From NCBI GenBank assembly GCA_029565735.1, contig JAKQNO010000057.1, positions 5,481 to 69,480 on the forward strand: a stretch of DNA of 64,000 bases, written 5' to 3'. A program made the translations under genes and the position numbers. Shown in pieces: positions 28,982 to 38,407 of this stretch. The first letter of the stretch is position 1. Every line of letters begins with the position of its first letter. The notes beneath the pieces were generated by a model that ran no database searches, was not told the origin of the DNA, and saw only the letters and a list, made by a program, of their open reading frames with translations. The DNA is from a bacterium (GTDB lineage: Bacteria > Oederibacteriota > PGYV01).

Positions 28982-29824
28982 CTATTTTATGCCCTGCATT
29001 TTATACGCTTCAAGCGTGTTTTTCATAAGCATAGCCCTTGTCATCAAACCTACCCCGCCGGGAACCGGTGTAATGAAAGAAGTTTTTTCTTTTACGTTTT
29101 CAAAGTCAACATCACCGCAAAGTTTTCCGTTTTCATCCCTGTTCATCCCGACGTCAATTACAACAGCACCCTGTTTAACCATATCAGCTTTTACGAATTT
29201 AGGCCTTCCTATTGCCGCGACAAGTATGTCTGCTTTGGATGTAATTGAAGGTAAATCAACTGTCCTTGAATGGCATATTGTAACCGTGGCGTTTTCCTGA
29301 AGAAGCAAAATAGCCATGGGCTTTCCCACAATATTGCTTCTGCCTATAACCACGGCATTTTTTCCCTTTATTTCACAGCCCGTGCTTTTTATCATTTCTA
29401 TACAGCCGCTTGGCGTGCAGGCCGCAAGGCACTTGCTGCCGGTTAAAAGCCTGCCGGCGCTGTTATACGTAAAACCATCCACGTCTTTTAACGGGTCTAT
29501 TGTATTTGTTATAAGTTCTTCATTAAGGTGTTCCGGCAGCGGAAGCTGAACAAGTATGCCGTTAATTTCCTTTCTTTCATTCAGTTTTTTGACAAGGGCA
29601 ATAACTGTTTCCTGCGCAGTGTCAGCACCAAGCCTGTGAATTTCAGACAGAAAACCCACTTCCTGCGCGTCTTTTTCTTTGCCGCCGACATAAACTTTTG
29701 ACGCGGGGTCTTCTCCGACCTGAATTACAGCAAGGCCGGGTTTTATTTTTAATCCTTTTACATGTTCCCTGATTTCTTCTTTTATCTTTGCCGCAAGTAT
29801 TTTACCGTCAATAATATTGCCCAT
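28982..29824 (-). CDS. folD: Methylenetetrahydrofolate dehydrogenase/cyclohydrolase
   Basis: [23 protein letters not shown] and TPVPGGVG. Confidence 0.96.
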   Translation of the reverse strand: MGNIIDGKILAAKIKEEIREHVKGLKIKPGLAVIQVGEDPASKVYVGGKEKDAQEVGFLSEIHRLGADTAQETVIALVKKLNERKEINGILVQLPLPEHLNEELITNTIDPLKDVDGFTYNSAGRLLTGSKCLAACTPSGCIEMIKSTGCEIKGKNAVVIGRSNIVGKPMAILLLQENATVTICHSRTVDLPSITSKADILVAAIGRPKFVKADMVKQGAVVIDVGMNRDENGKLCGDVDFENVKEKTSFITPVPGGVGLMTRAMLMKNTLEAYKMQGIK

Positions 29825-29934
29825 GTTATTACCTCCGATTAATAATGGATAATTCTACAACAAATATGGATTAAAAGAAAATATTAATTTTTTCTTACAT
29901 TTAGTCAGCGGCGGTTTTGTTTCCCGCCCATATA

Positions 29935-29970
29935 AAAACAAAAAGCCCCTTTTCAGGGGCTTTTTGTTTT
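29935..29970 (-). terminator. Intrinsic terminator after tRNA-Gln
   Basis: AAAACAAAAAGCCCCT-TTTC-AGGGGCTTTTTGTTTT inverted repeat. Confidence 0.8.
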
Positions 29971-30047
29971 TGGCTGCCGGGGCTGGGCTCGAACCAGCAC
30001 ATCCTCAGATTCAGAGACTGATGCCTTACCAATTTGGCCACCCGGCA
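29971..30047 (-). tRNA. tRNA-Gln(CTG)
   Basis: TGCCGGG/CCCGGCA acceptor stem, CT-CTG-AA anticodon loop, GGTTCGAGCC T arm, encoded CCA. Confidence 0.93.
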
Positions 30048-30185
30048 ACCTGAAAAACGTAACAAAATATACCACTTAACCAATATCAAGTCAACACCAA
30101 ACATATAAAACACCTTAAAACTTGACATATGCTTTTGCTGTTGCTATATTTTATCTTAAGGGAAATTAAAAAAAAGGAGGAATTC

Positions 30186-30962
30186 ATGAAAAAATTTTTA
30201 TTGTCCGTTGCTTTATTATCTCTTTTTTCCATTCCGTCTTTTGCGCTGCTGCATGTGGGAGTAAGCGCGGGTTATGCCTATGCCAATATGGACCAGATGA
30301 ACAATGCCTGGGAAACAGCAAAAGCTGACGCGCAGGCGGCAAGCCTGCCTTCAGAAGTACAGAAATTCGGCAATTCCATCTTTGTAAACGCGGATTTAGG
30401 GATTGGCCTGCTGCCTTTATTAAACATAGGCCCAAGAGTCGGACTACAGTATGTACTGCCGGTAAAAAATTCGGTAACTTATATTAATCCTTTTAACACT
30501 TCTGAAACATTAACCACAGAAAACACTATTTCATCAATGCTTGTCCCCCTGGAACTTGGAGTTTCCGCAAATATCGGAATCCCTATGCTTCCCATTTCCG
30601 TCACAGTGGGCGGATATGCCGGGTATGGCCTTGCTTTTGGCCTTGACCAGACAAAAATCACTTCAAATGTATCGGGGACTCCGGAATTAAGTTATGCAGT
30701 GCCTTATGACGGCGGAGGTTTTATGGCGGACTTGTCAGCCGCTGTTGAATGGAATATCGTGCCGTTTATTAACCTTAGCTTAAACGCGGGTTACAGGTAC
30801 GCGCTTATTGAAAACGTAAATGTTACAAGCGAAGTAAAAGACCCTGTGTCCGGAAATGTCCTGATAAGCGCTGACGAACAGCTTACATCGCGTACGGGAG
30901 ATAAAATGAAGGTGAACTATACAGGTTTTCTTGTGGGGCTTGGATTCAATATCAGATTCTGA
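30186..30962 (+). CDS. Putative outer-membrane beta-barrel protein
   Basis: Signal peptide MKKFLL...SFA, alternating beta strands, C-terminal GLGFNIRF. Confidence 0.7.
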   Translation: MKKFLLSVALLSLFSIPSFALLHVGVSAGYAYANMDQMNNAWETAKADAQAASLPSEVQKFGNSIFVNADLGIGLLPLLNIGPRVGLQYVLPVKNSVTYINPFNTSETLTTENTISSMLVPLELGVSANIGIPMLPISVTVGGYAGYGLAFGLDQTKITSNVSGTPELSYAVPYDGGGFMADLSAAVEWNIVPFINLSLNAGYRYALIENVNVTSEVKDPVSGNVLISADEQLTSRTGDKMKVNYTGFLVGLGFNIRF

Positions 30963-30982
30963 TTATAAGTGAATCTTTTTTT

Positions 30983-31014
30983 AAAAGGGCGGCAATTTTC
31001 TGCCGCCCTTTTTT
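30983..31014 (+). terminator. Intrinsic terminator
   Basis: AAAAGGGCGGCA-ATTTTC-TGCCGCCCTTTTTT. Confidence 0.85.
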
Positions 31015-31083
31015 ATTTATTAATTTTGATTTTTACAGATTATTAATATATAATAATTAAAATAAACTTATGGAGGGTTATAA

Positions 31084-31929
31084 ATGAAAAGGACAACAAT
31101 ATTATCAGCGGTATTTTTATTGCTTTTCCTGCCGGCTTTTGCAGCGGCAGCCGAATCGCTTCCGGTTGATGAAGATATTCAGACCGGTAAAATACAGCCG
31201 GCAGATACTGCTCCTGTTGAAGAGGAAAAAGAAGCAACCCAGGAACCCGAAGAACTTGATACAAAAGGCGCGGAACAGGGAGAGTCATCGCCCGCCCTTC
31301 CCGAAGAAGCAAGCAAATCAATTTATTTTGGCGATGTGCGTTTTTTCGCCGGATATACAACGCTTAATATGTCTGATTACAATAAAGCAGCTTCAAGCGC
31401 GGGTATTCAGCAGTTAAAATCAGGACTATTGGTCGGCGTTGACTTTGGAATTAAAATCCTTCAGTGCCTGTCAGCAGGGCCAAGGGTGGAATTTATTAAA
31501 GCTTATGCAGAAGGCGCCGGTACTCTTGATAAAGTTGACATTTCCCTTCTTCCGGTAATGGCGGGCCTGACTTACAGTTATTACCTTACAGATATTGATT
31601 TAATTGTTTCTGCCGGAGCTTACGCGGGTTATGCCTGGGCAAACGGCACTTTTGAAGAAAACGTGGGCGGAACCGCAAACGTGCCTGAACGTTCCGAGAT
31701 TTACGGCGCTTCTTTTGCCGCTGATTTTGATTTAAGGCTTGATTATATGATTAATACGGCGCTGTCAGCCGGAATAACAGCCGGATACAGGATAGCAGAC
31801 ATAACATCAATGAAAGCAAAAGGCGCTTATATAGACAATGCCACAGTGGTTGATCCCGCGGACGGCAGCGACCTTGCTTTTGATTTCAGCGGCCTTGTTA
31901 TAGGTGCCGGCGTTTCTATGAATTATTGA
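31084..31929 (+). CDS. Putative outer-membrane beta-barrel protein (paralog of the upstream gene)
   Basis: Signal peptide, acidic linker, GPRV and AGYR motifs shared with the neighbour, C-terminal GAGVSMNY. Confidence 0.7.
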   Translation: MKRTTILSAVFLLLFLPAFAAAAESLPVDEDIQTGKIQPADTAPVEEEKEATQEPEELDTKGAEQGESSPALPEEASKSIYFGDVRFFAGYTTLNMSDYNKAASSAGIQQLKSGLLVGVDFGIKILQCLSAGPRVEFIKAYAEGAGTLDKVDISLLPVMAGLTYSYYLTDIDLIVSAGAYAGYAWANGTFEENVGGTANVPERSEIYGASFAADFDLRLDYMINTALSAGITAGYRIADITSMKAKGAYIDNATVVDPADGSDLAFDFSGLVIGAGVSMNY

Positions 31930-31952
31930 CACAATGCTGCAGGCTGTAAATA

Positions 31953-33605
31953 ATGGCGCTGTTTAAATCTGAAGAGGAAAAAAAACAGGAATACTTAAAA
32001 AGAGGCCTTGAATTTGAAAATAAAAATGAAAATGACAGGGCGATAAAAGAATTTGAAAAAATTCTTAAAATGGACCCCTCTGACGAAGACGCCCTTTTCA
32101 ACCTTGGTTTTATTTTTTCAGATATGCGCCAGTACAAAAACGCCTACGCGCTTTTTAAAAAACTTATTAACACCAATCCAAAACACGTGGAAGCTTATAA
32201 CAGCCTTGGCCTTCTGTTCGCTCGGCAGGGCAAATACAGCGATTCCCTTTTAGTCTACCAGAAAGGGATTGAAAATAATCCGGATGCCGCATTGCTGTAT
32301 AATAATATGGGCAACCTGCTTTATGACATGGGCCGTTACGAACAGGCCCTTATAAATTTTAAAAAAGCCGGCGAATTAAACCCCGCTTACACCGAAAGGT
32401 TTTACCACCTTGGCATTGATTCATTTATCAAAGGCGGCGAGATTGACGAAGCGATATTAAAACTTGAAGAATCAGCCAAAAAGAACGTGAATAAAGCAAA
32501 GACAATGCATGACCTTGGAATGGCGTACCTTGAAAAACATATGTATGACAAAGCCATAGCCTCTTTTAACCAGGCATTAACAATTGATTCCAACTATATC
32601 AGCGCTTATACAAACCTTGGTTACGCTTATCAGCACAAAGAAAGTTACATGCTGGCAGTAAAAGCGCTTGAACGCGCCGCGTACCTAAATCCAAAAAACG
32701 CCAAATTATACAATACTATCGGCCTTCTTTATGACAAAATGGGCAACCCGGATACCGCAATTAAGGCCTATAAAAAAGCCGTGGACCTTGATCCCGCTTA
32801 TGCGAATGCCCATTACATGCTTGGTCAGATTTATCAGAACAGGGGCAATACGGATAAAGCCGTGGCTGAATTTACGAAACATGTCCGCATACATGAAAGC
32901 GGAGCCATGGTGGAAGACTGCATGCAAAAAATAGCGGAATTAAAGAAAATCACTTACGAAGAAGTGATTAAACAGCTAAACATGTACATTAAACCGCCGG
33001 AAGAAAAACACGCGCCGGAACACAAAGAAATACCTGCGCAGAAACAGGCGGCAGCATCCCCTGCCCCTGTTGCCGCGCCGCCTGCAGAACCCGAAGCTGA
33101 CAAAAGTGAATTTATGAAAAAAAACGGGGAGAAAGTAAGGCAGGAAAAGGCTGCCCGTATGGCGGAATTGGCGGCGTTTTCTCAGCCCGCGCCTGAAGCT
33201 GCCCCTGCGGAAAACAATTATTACCTTCAGGTAATTGACAGCGGGCCGCAGTCCGTTGAACTTCCTTCATTTGAAGAATCAGCGCCTGTAAACACGGGTT
33301 TTATGCTGGAACCAACTATAGAGGTTATATCTCTTGAAGGCCCGTCAATATTTGAAGCGCCCCCCGCGGCTGCCAAACCGCCGGTGCAAAACGCCAATTA
33401 TTTCCCGCCGGAAGCTTACAGGGAAACAATAATAAAAGCGATAGGTTCGGACGCTCCGCTTCCCACAGATTCCATGCCTGAATTTAATGAAGCAGCAGTG
33501 AAAAACAGGCGGCCTGATGTTAAATCTTCGGCGCCGGAGAAGCCGCCTGTTGTTAAAAAAAATAACGAACCCCCTCCGCCAAAAATTACGCGCAGTTTTT
33601 ATTGA
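31953..33605 (+). CDS. Tetratricopeptide repeat protein with Pro/Ala-rich C-terminal tail
   Basis: About 9 TPR units (AYNSLG, LYNNMG, AYTNLG...). Confidence 0.88.
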   Translation: MALFKSEEEKKQEYLKRGLEFENKNENDRAIKEFEKILKMDPSDEDALFNLGFIFSDMRQYKNAYALFKKLINTNPKHVEAYNSLGLLFARQGKYSDSLLVYQKGIENNPDAALLYNNMGNLLYDMGRYEQALINFKKAGELNPAYTERFYHLGIDSFIKGGEIDEAILKLEESAKKNVNKAKTMHDLGMAYLEKHMYDKAIASFNQALTIDSNYISAYTNLGYAYQHKESYMLAVKALERAAYLNPKNAKLYNTIGLLYDKMGNPDTAIKAYKKAVDLDPAYANAHYMLGQIYQNRGNTDKAVAEFTKHVRIHESGAMVEDCMQKIAELKKITYEEVIKQLNMYIKPPEEKHAPEHKEIPAQKQAAASPAPVAAPPAEPEADKSEFMKKNGEKVRQEKAARMAELAAFSQPAPEAAPAENNYYLQVIDSGPQSVELPSFEESAPVNTGFMLEPTIEVISLEGPSIFEAPPAAAKPPVQNANYFPPEAYRETIIKAIGSDAPLPTDSMPEFNEAAVKNRRPDVKSSAPEKPPVVKKNNEPPPPKITRSFY

Positions 33606-33686
33606 TTTTAGCCTGAATTTTTAATATTGCCATAGTCAATACCGCGTGATATTCTATAAAAACCAAAATACAGGAGGGCCGGCAAT

Positions 33687-34142
33687 ATGGGAACAGCCGC
33701 ATTTTTGTCAGGGGCAAAAGGTTTTAAGGATTTAACCGCGCAGGACATAGAAGCATTGGACACAGTCTGCGCAGAAGAAATGTTTAAATCCAATGAAATC
33801 ATATTCCCCGAAGAAGGGCCGGGGGATAAAATGTACATAATAAAATCCGGCTCCGTTAAGATAAACAAAAAGGTAAAAGGCCAGGAAAATACCATTGCCG
33901 TTTTAAACCCCGGGGAGTTTTTCGGAGAAATGGCGCTGCTGGACGGCATGCCGCGTTCCGCCGCGGCGAAATCCGCGGGCGATTCGGTTGTGGTTTCAAT
34001 TTCACGCGATAAATACCTGACACTGCGTCAAAAATATCCGCAGACGGCATTAAAAATTATTGATATCCTTGTGCGTGTTTTAAGCAATAGGCTGCGCCAG
34101 GCAAACAAAAATCTGGAAGTGATAACTTTCTGGATAGAATAA
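33687..34142 (+). CDS. Stand-alone cyclic nucleotide-binding domain protein
   Basis: MYIIKSGSV and FFGEMALLDGMPRSA; no HTH. Confidence 0.88.
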   Translation: MGTAAFLSGAKGFKDLTAQDIEALDTVCAEEMFKSNEIIFPEEGPGDKMYIIKSGSVKINKKVKGQENTIAVLNPGEFFGEMALLDGMPRSAAAKSAGDSVVVSISRDKYLTLRQKYPQTALKIIDILVRVLSNRLRQANKNLEVITFWIE

Positions 34143-34202
34143 AAGCATAAGAAACAAAAAAACATAGAGGGGCCAAAGCGTATAAATCCGTTTTGGTTAC
34201 AG

Positions 34203-35756
34203 GTGGCAATTGTGTTAAGCAAAGTTAAATCCGCATCCATTTTGGGTATTGACGCTTATGAAGTGGAAGTTGAAACAGATATGACTTTTGGAATACCCGG
34301 TTTTTCCATCGTGGGCCTTCCCGACGTTTCCGTCAAAGAAAGCAAAGACAGGGTTAAATCCGCCATTACAAATTCAATGATAGAGTTCCCTCCAAACCAG
34401 AAAATTACGCTAAATTTATCCCCTGCTGACCGCAAAAAAGAAGGGCCTTCGTTTGACCTGCCCATAGCCATAGGCATTTTAGCCGCCTGCGGCACTTTAA
34501 ATACCGCTAAACTTGAAAGTTATATGATTACAGGCGAGCTGTCGCTTGACGGCTCCATAAACTCCGTTAAAGGCGCTTTGTCAATGTCGCTTCTGGCAAA
34601 GAACCTTGGCTATAAAGGCATAATAGTGCCTTTTGCCAATGCTGATGAAGCAGCTGTGGTTGAAGGCATTGATGTGCTTGCGGTGAAACACTTCAGGCAG
34701 GTTTTTGATTTTCTAAACGGCGAAATCACGCTTGACCCCCACGCGATTGATATTACCGAAGTGTTTTCCAGGGCTTCGGTTTACCACGTTGATTTTTCAG
34801 AGGTTAAAGGCCAGCAGCATGTTAAGCGCGCGATGGAAATAGCAGCCGCGGGCGGGCATAATATTATCCTTATCGGGCCGCCGGGGTCCGGCAAGACAAT
34901 GCTTGCGCGCAGATTCCCCACCATTCTGCCGGAAATGAACCTTGCAGAAGCAATTGAAACCACAAAAATTCACAGTGTGTCAGGATATATGCGCGAAAAG
35001 ACCGCGCTTATCGCAACGCGCCCTTTCCGCTCGCCGCACCATACAATTTCCGACGCGGGCTTAATCGGCGGCGGTGCGGTTCCGCGCCCGGGTGAGGTAT
35101 CATTGTCCCATAACGGGGTCTTGTTTCTGGATGAACTGCCGGAGTTCAACAGAAACGTGCTGGAAGTTTTAAGACAGCCGCTGGAAGACGGCCACGTTAC
35201 AATTTCACGCGCGGCAATTTCAATTACATATCCGGCAAGGTTTGTCCTGTTTGCAGCAATGAACCCCTGCCCCTGCGGTTATTCCACGCACCCGACAAAA
35301 AGCTGTTCATGCACGCCGGCTCAGCGGGAAAAATATATGTCTAAAATATCCGGCCCGCTTCTGGACAGGATAGATATTCATGTGGAAGTGCCGGTTGTGG
35401 AATATAACGACCTTGCATCAAAAGCAGAGGCGGAAACTTCGGCGTCAATACGCAAGCGCGTAAACACCGCGCGCAAAACGCAGGAAAAAAGGTTTGAAAA
35501 ATCAGGGGTTTTCTTTAACGCGCATATGGGGCCGCGGCACACAAGGAAATTCTGCCAGCTGGACAATGATTCGCAGGCATTATTAAAAACAGCAATTGAA
35601 AATCTTGGTTTGTCCGCCCGCGCGTATGACCGCGTGTTAAAAGTATCACGCACAATAGCGGATTTGGAAGGCGCGGAAAATATCACTTCCACCCACATTG
35701 CGGAGGCAATTCAGTACAGAAGCCTGGACAGAGAGCATTGGAAAGTGGGGATATAA
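34203..35756 (+). CDS. comM: YifB/ComM family Mg-chelatase-like AAA+ ATPase
   Basis: [46 protein letters not shown] and LSARAYDR. Confidence 0.93.
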   Translation: MAIVLSKVKSASILGIDAYEVEVETDMTFGIPGFSIVGLPDVSVKESKDRVKSAITNSMIEFPPNQKITLNLSPADRKKEGPSFDLPIAIGILAACGTLNTAKLESYMITGELSLDGSINSVKGALSMSLLAKNLGYKGIIVPFANADEAAVVEGIDVLAVKHFRQVFDFLNGEITLDPHAIDITEVFSRASVYHVDFSEVKGQQHVKRAMEIAAAGGHNIILIGPPGSGKTMLARRFPTILPEMNLAEAIETTKIHSVSGYMREKTALIATRPFRSPHHTISDAGLIGGGAVPRPGEVSLSHNGVLFLDELPEFNRNVLEVLRQPLEDGHVTISRAAISITYPARFVLFAAMNPCPCGYSTHPTKSCSCTPAQREKYMSKISGPLLDRIDIHVEVPVVEYNDLASKAEAETSASIRKRVNTARKTQEKRFEKSGVFFNAHMGPRHTRKFCQLDNDSQALLKTAIENLGLSARAYDRVLKVSRTIADLEGAENITSTHIAEAIQYRSLDREHWKVGI

Positions 35757-36313
35757 TGGGATTAGACAACAATAAAATCATACTTCCCCACGGCGGGTAT
35801 CAGAAGTTAAAATCATTTCAGATGTCGGAGATTGTTTATGACGCAACTGTTAAATTTTGTGAAAGATTTGTAAGTAAGTTTTCACGGACAACAGACCAGA
35901 TGATACAGGCAGCCAGAAGCGGCAGGCAGAATATCGCCGAAGGCAGCATGGCGTCGGCTGTATCCAAAGAAACAGAGATTAAGCTGATTGGCGTTGCACG
36001 CGCCAGCCTTGAAGAATTGCTGTTGGATTACCAGGACTATCTGCGCCAGAACGGAATGATACTGTGGGATAAGGCCAACACCGCAGCTTTACAGGTGCGC
36101 GCCCTGGGAAGCGCGCCTGATAGGTCCTATAAGTCCTATAGGACCTATATTGAAGGCACTGCAGAGACCGCTGCCAACACCGTTATCTGCCTTATTCACC
36201 AGACAAACTACCTGCTTGACCGGCAGTTAAAACAATTAGAAGAAGCCTTTGTCAAACACGGCGGATTAAGGGAAAGAATGTATCAGGCAAGGCAAAAAGA
36301 GAGACAGAGATAG
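35756..36313 (+). CDS. Four-helix-bundle protein (Avd/23S-IVP-like) with 'suffix' domain
   Basis: GGYQKLKSFQ, RTTDQMIQAARSGRQNIAEG, VARASLEELLLDYQD and AANTVICLIHQTNYLLDRQL...GGLRERM; ATG overlaps the comM stop (TAATG). Confidence 0.85.
   Translation: MGLDNNKIILPHGGYQKLKSFQMSEIVYDATVKFCERFVSKFSRTTDQMIQAARSGRQNIAEGSMASAVSKETEIKLIGVARASLEELLLDYQDYLRQNGMILWDKANTAALQVRALGSAPDRSYKSYRTYIEGTAETAANTVICLIHQTNYLLDRQLKQLEEAFVKHGGLRERMYQARQKERQR
36120..36150 (+). repeat. In-frame nonamer repeat inside the four-helix-bundle gene
   Basis: ataggtcct ataagtcct ataggacct atat, encoding DRSYKSYRTY. Confidence 0.8.
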
Positions 36314-36319
36314 AAATTT

Positions 36320-37654
36320 TTACTTACTTTCTTTTCTTTTAATAACCATTCCTGACCATATAATTCCCACCGCGCCTGCTGCAAGGTCAGTTAGCAGCCT
36401 TCCTGTAAATATACCGTTTAAATGAAACAATTTTTCGCCTATTATTGAAAGCGGTATAAGTAAAATTACTATTCTTACAATATCAAGAACTGAAGCCTGT
36501 ACCGGCGCCTGCATACCAAGCAGGCAGAATCCCGCGTAGCGGTGTATTTCAAGCATTCCATAACCAGCACAGGTGATCTTTATGTAAAGGACAAGGACGT
36601 TTATGACATTTGGATCAGATGAAAACAAGACAGCCATGGGCCTGCTGAAAATAAAGAATAATGCCGCTATAAACAGGCCATAAATCGCGGCAAAAGACAT
36701 GGTAATTACACGGGCTTCTTTTATCCTGTCTGTCCTTCCCGCGCCGTAATTTTGCGCCACAAAAGGTATTAAGGACATGCCGACTGTCATTGGTATCATA
36801 AAAGCAAACATTTCTATCCTGCCGGCAACGCCCGCGGCCGCAACCGCCTCATCGCCGTATCCTGCCACAAGTTTGGTTATAACAGCAGCTGATACCGGTG
36901 TCATAATCATTCCCAAAGAACTTGGAACCGCGAATTTAATAATCTTAAGCCAGGATTCCCTGATTTCATTTAACCTGAGTACAATCGGAACAATAATCTT
37001 AAGCCTGACAAACAGTATAAATAAAGCGCCGGTAAGGGTAAACGACTGCGAAATAATAGTCGCTATGGCCGCTCCTTTTATTCCAAGGGCGGGCATTCCA
37101 AACTTCCCAAAAATAAGGCCTAAATCAAAAAAAATGTTTACCACTGTTCCGCCCACCATAAGCGCGCTTATAGCCCTGGTGTTGCCTGTACTCATAATGA
37201 TATCGCCAAGTATCATATGCACAACCATTATTACGGAACCCAGATACCATATATTCATGTATTCAAGGGCTAAAGAAAGGGTGTTGCCGGAAGCCCCCAG
37301 TTTTGCAAAAAGCATCTTGGCGGTTAAAATGCCGGCCAATGTCATTAGAAGCGCCGTTATAACCGCGAAAATCATGGAATGAATTACAAGTTTTGAAGTA
37401 TTTGCGGTGTCTTTTGCGCCTATAAGGCCGGCGGTTAAAGACATTACCCCGGTGCCAATGCCGCGTATTATAAATGTCAGCAGCATAACGACAGGAAAAG
37501 CAAATGATATGGCGGCAAGCGAATCGGTTCCAAGGCGGGATACAAACCACACATTGGTAAGGTTGTACATATTTATCGCGAACGTGCCGGCTAACATCGG
37601 CAGAGCCATTTTTACAATGGTAATACCTGTATTCTCTTTTATCAGTCTGGACAT
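36320..37654 (-). CDS. MATE family efflux transporter
   Basis: About 12 TM segments; MALPM, GIKGAAIAT and QNYGAG. Confidence 0.9.
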   Translation of the reverse strand: MSRLIKENTGITIVKMALPMLAGTFAINMYNLTNVWFVSRLGTDSLAAISFAFPVVMLLTFIIRGIGTGVMSLTAGLIGAKDTANTSKLVIHSMIFAVITALLMTLAGILTAKMLFAKLGASGNTLSLALEYMNIWYLGSVIMVVHMILGDIIMSTGNTRAISALMVGGTVVNIFFDLGLIFGKFGMPALGIKGAAIATIISQSFTLTGALFILFVRLKIIVPIVLRLNEIRESWLKIIKFAVPSSLGMIMTPVSAAVITKLVAGYGDEAVAAAGVAGRIEMFAFMIPMTVGMSLIPFVAQNYGAGRTDRIKEARVITMSFAAIYGLFIAALFFIFSRPMAVLFSSDPNVINVLVLYIKITCAGYGMLEIHRYAGFCLLGMQAPVQASVLDIVRIVILLIPLSIIGEKLFHLNGIFTGRLLTDLAAGAVGIIWSGMVIKRKESK

Positions 37655-37686
37655 AAATAATTATTCCTTCTGCCGGCAGGCCTGCA

Positions 37687-37723
37687 ATTCGGCGTAATAT
37701 TAAGTAAATATATTACGCCGAAT
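37687..37723. repeat. Perfect 14-bp inverted repeat with 9-bp spacer
   Basis: ATTCGGCGTAATAT-TAAGTAAAT-ATATTACGCCGAAT. Confidence 0.8.
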
Positions 37724-37828
37724 AATTATATTTGTGAAGTAAAATTAAAGTTTCTGTTTAAAGCCGTAACCAGCCATAAGAGATTAAAACCTCTTTGAAT
37801 AATTGATATAATTGATTTCACGAATCAA

Positions 37829-37945
37829 AAAAGATCCCGGATAATAACGGATTTAGAGGGCACGGAGGATATTGCATCCACTTATATTGCGGAAACCATT
37901 CAATACAGAAGCCTATACAGAGAGAATTGGAAAGCGGGAATATAA
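37829..37945 (+). pseudogene. Diverged duplicate of the last 38 codons plus stop of comM
   Basis: KRSRIITDLEGTEDIASTYIAETIQYRSLYRENWKAGI* versus com[39 protein letters not shown]; 91/117 nt identical by hand count, ungapped. Confidence 0.9.
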
Positions 37946-37947
37946 AG

Positions 37948-38335
37948 TTGCAAGTTGCAGGTGACAAGTTACAGCTAAATGAAAAAGATCAGTTAAAAAA
38001 CAGGACAAAAAAATTTGCAGTTGATGTAATAAAAATTATTAAAAACTTCCCTAAAAATCATATTTATAAATCGTTAGGCAATCAACTTTTAAGAAGCGCA
38101 ACATCTGTATCTGCTGATTATCGTACTGCTAAAAAAAACACGTTCCACTGCTGAATTTATCGCAAAACCGGGCATCGTTGCTGAAGAAATTGATGAAAGC
38201 AAGCATTGGTTTGAATTATTAGCTGAATCAGCGTTGATAATAGAGTCAAGCGTACCGGTTCTGTATAAAGAAGCTGATGAAATAGCAGCCATGATATACG
38301 AATCAATTAAAACAACAAAACGCAATCGCTATTAA
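37948..38335 (+). pseudogene. Frameshifted four-helix-bundle (Avd/23S-IVP-like) gene
   Basis: NEKDQLKNRTKKFAVDVI...QLLRSATSVSADYRTAKK, then after skipping one base of the A8 run (38131-38138) TRSTAEFIAKPGIVAEEIDESKHWFELL...KEADEIAAMI; no clear start codon. Confidence 0.85.
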
Positions 38336-38407
38336 CTTTAAGTCGTCGGTTATTCAGCGTCTTATGACTGTAAGTTGACAATTGTTACCTGTTACCTCGC
38401 TAAAAAC

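Noticed and set aside
29971-30047. U-U mismatch at the base of the tRNA-Gln anticodon stem as a sign of recoding or pseudogenisation
   Set aside because: The rest of the cloverleaf and CCA are intact; a single mismatch at 31-39 is tolerated in tRNAs.
35640-37945. Diversity-generating retroelement (117-bp repeat pair at a gene 3' end next to Avd-like genes)
   Set aside because: Mismatches are not confined to adenines (cgc/cgg, acc/act, cac/tat, gtg/gcg) and are mostly at third codon positions; no reverse transcriptase in the window.
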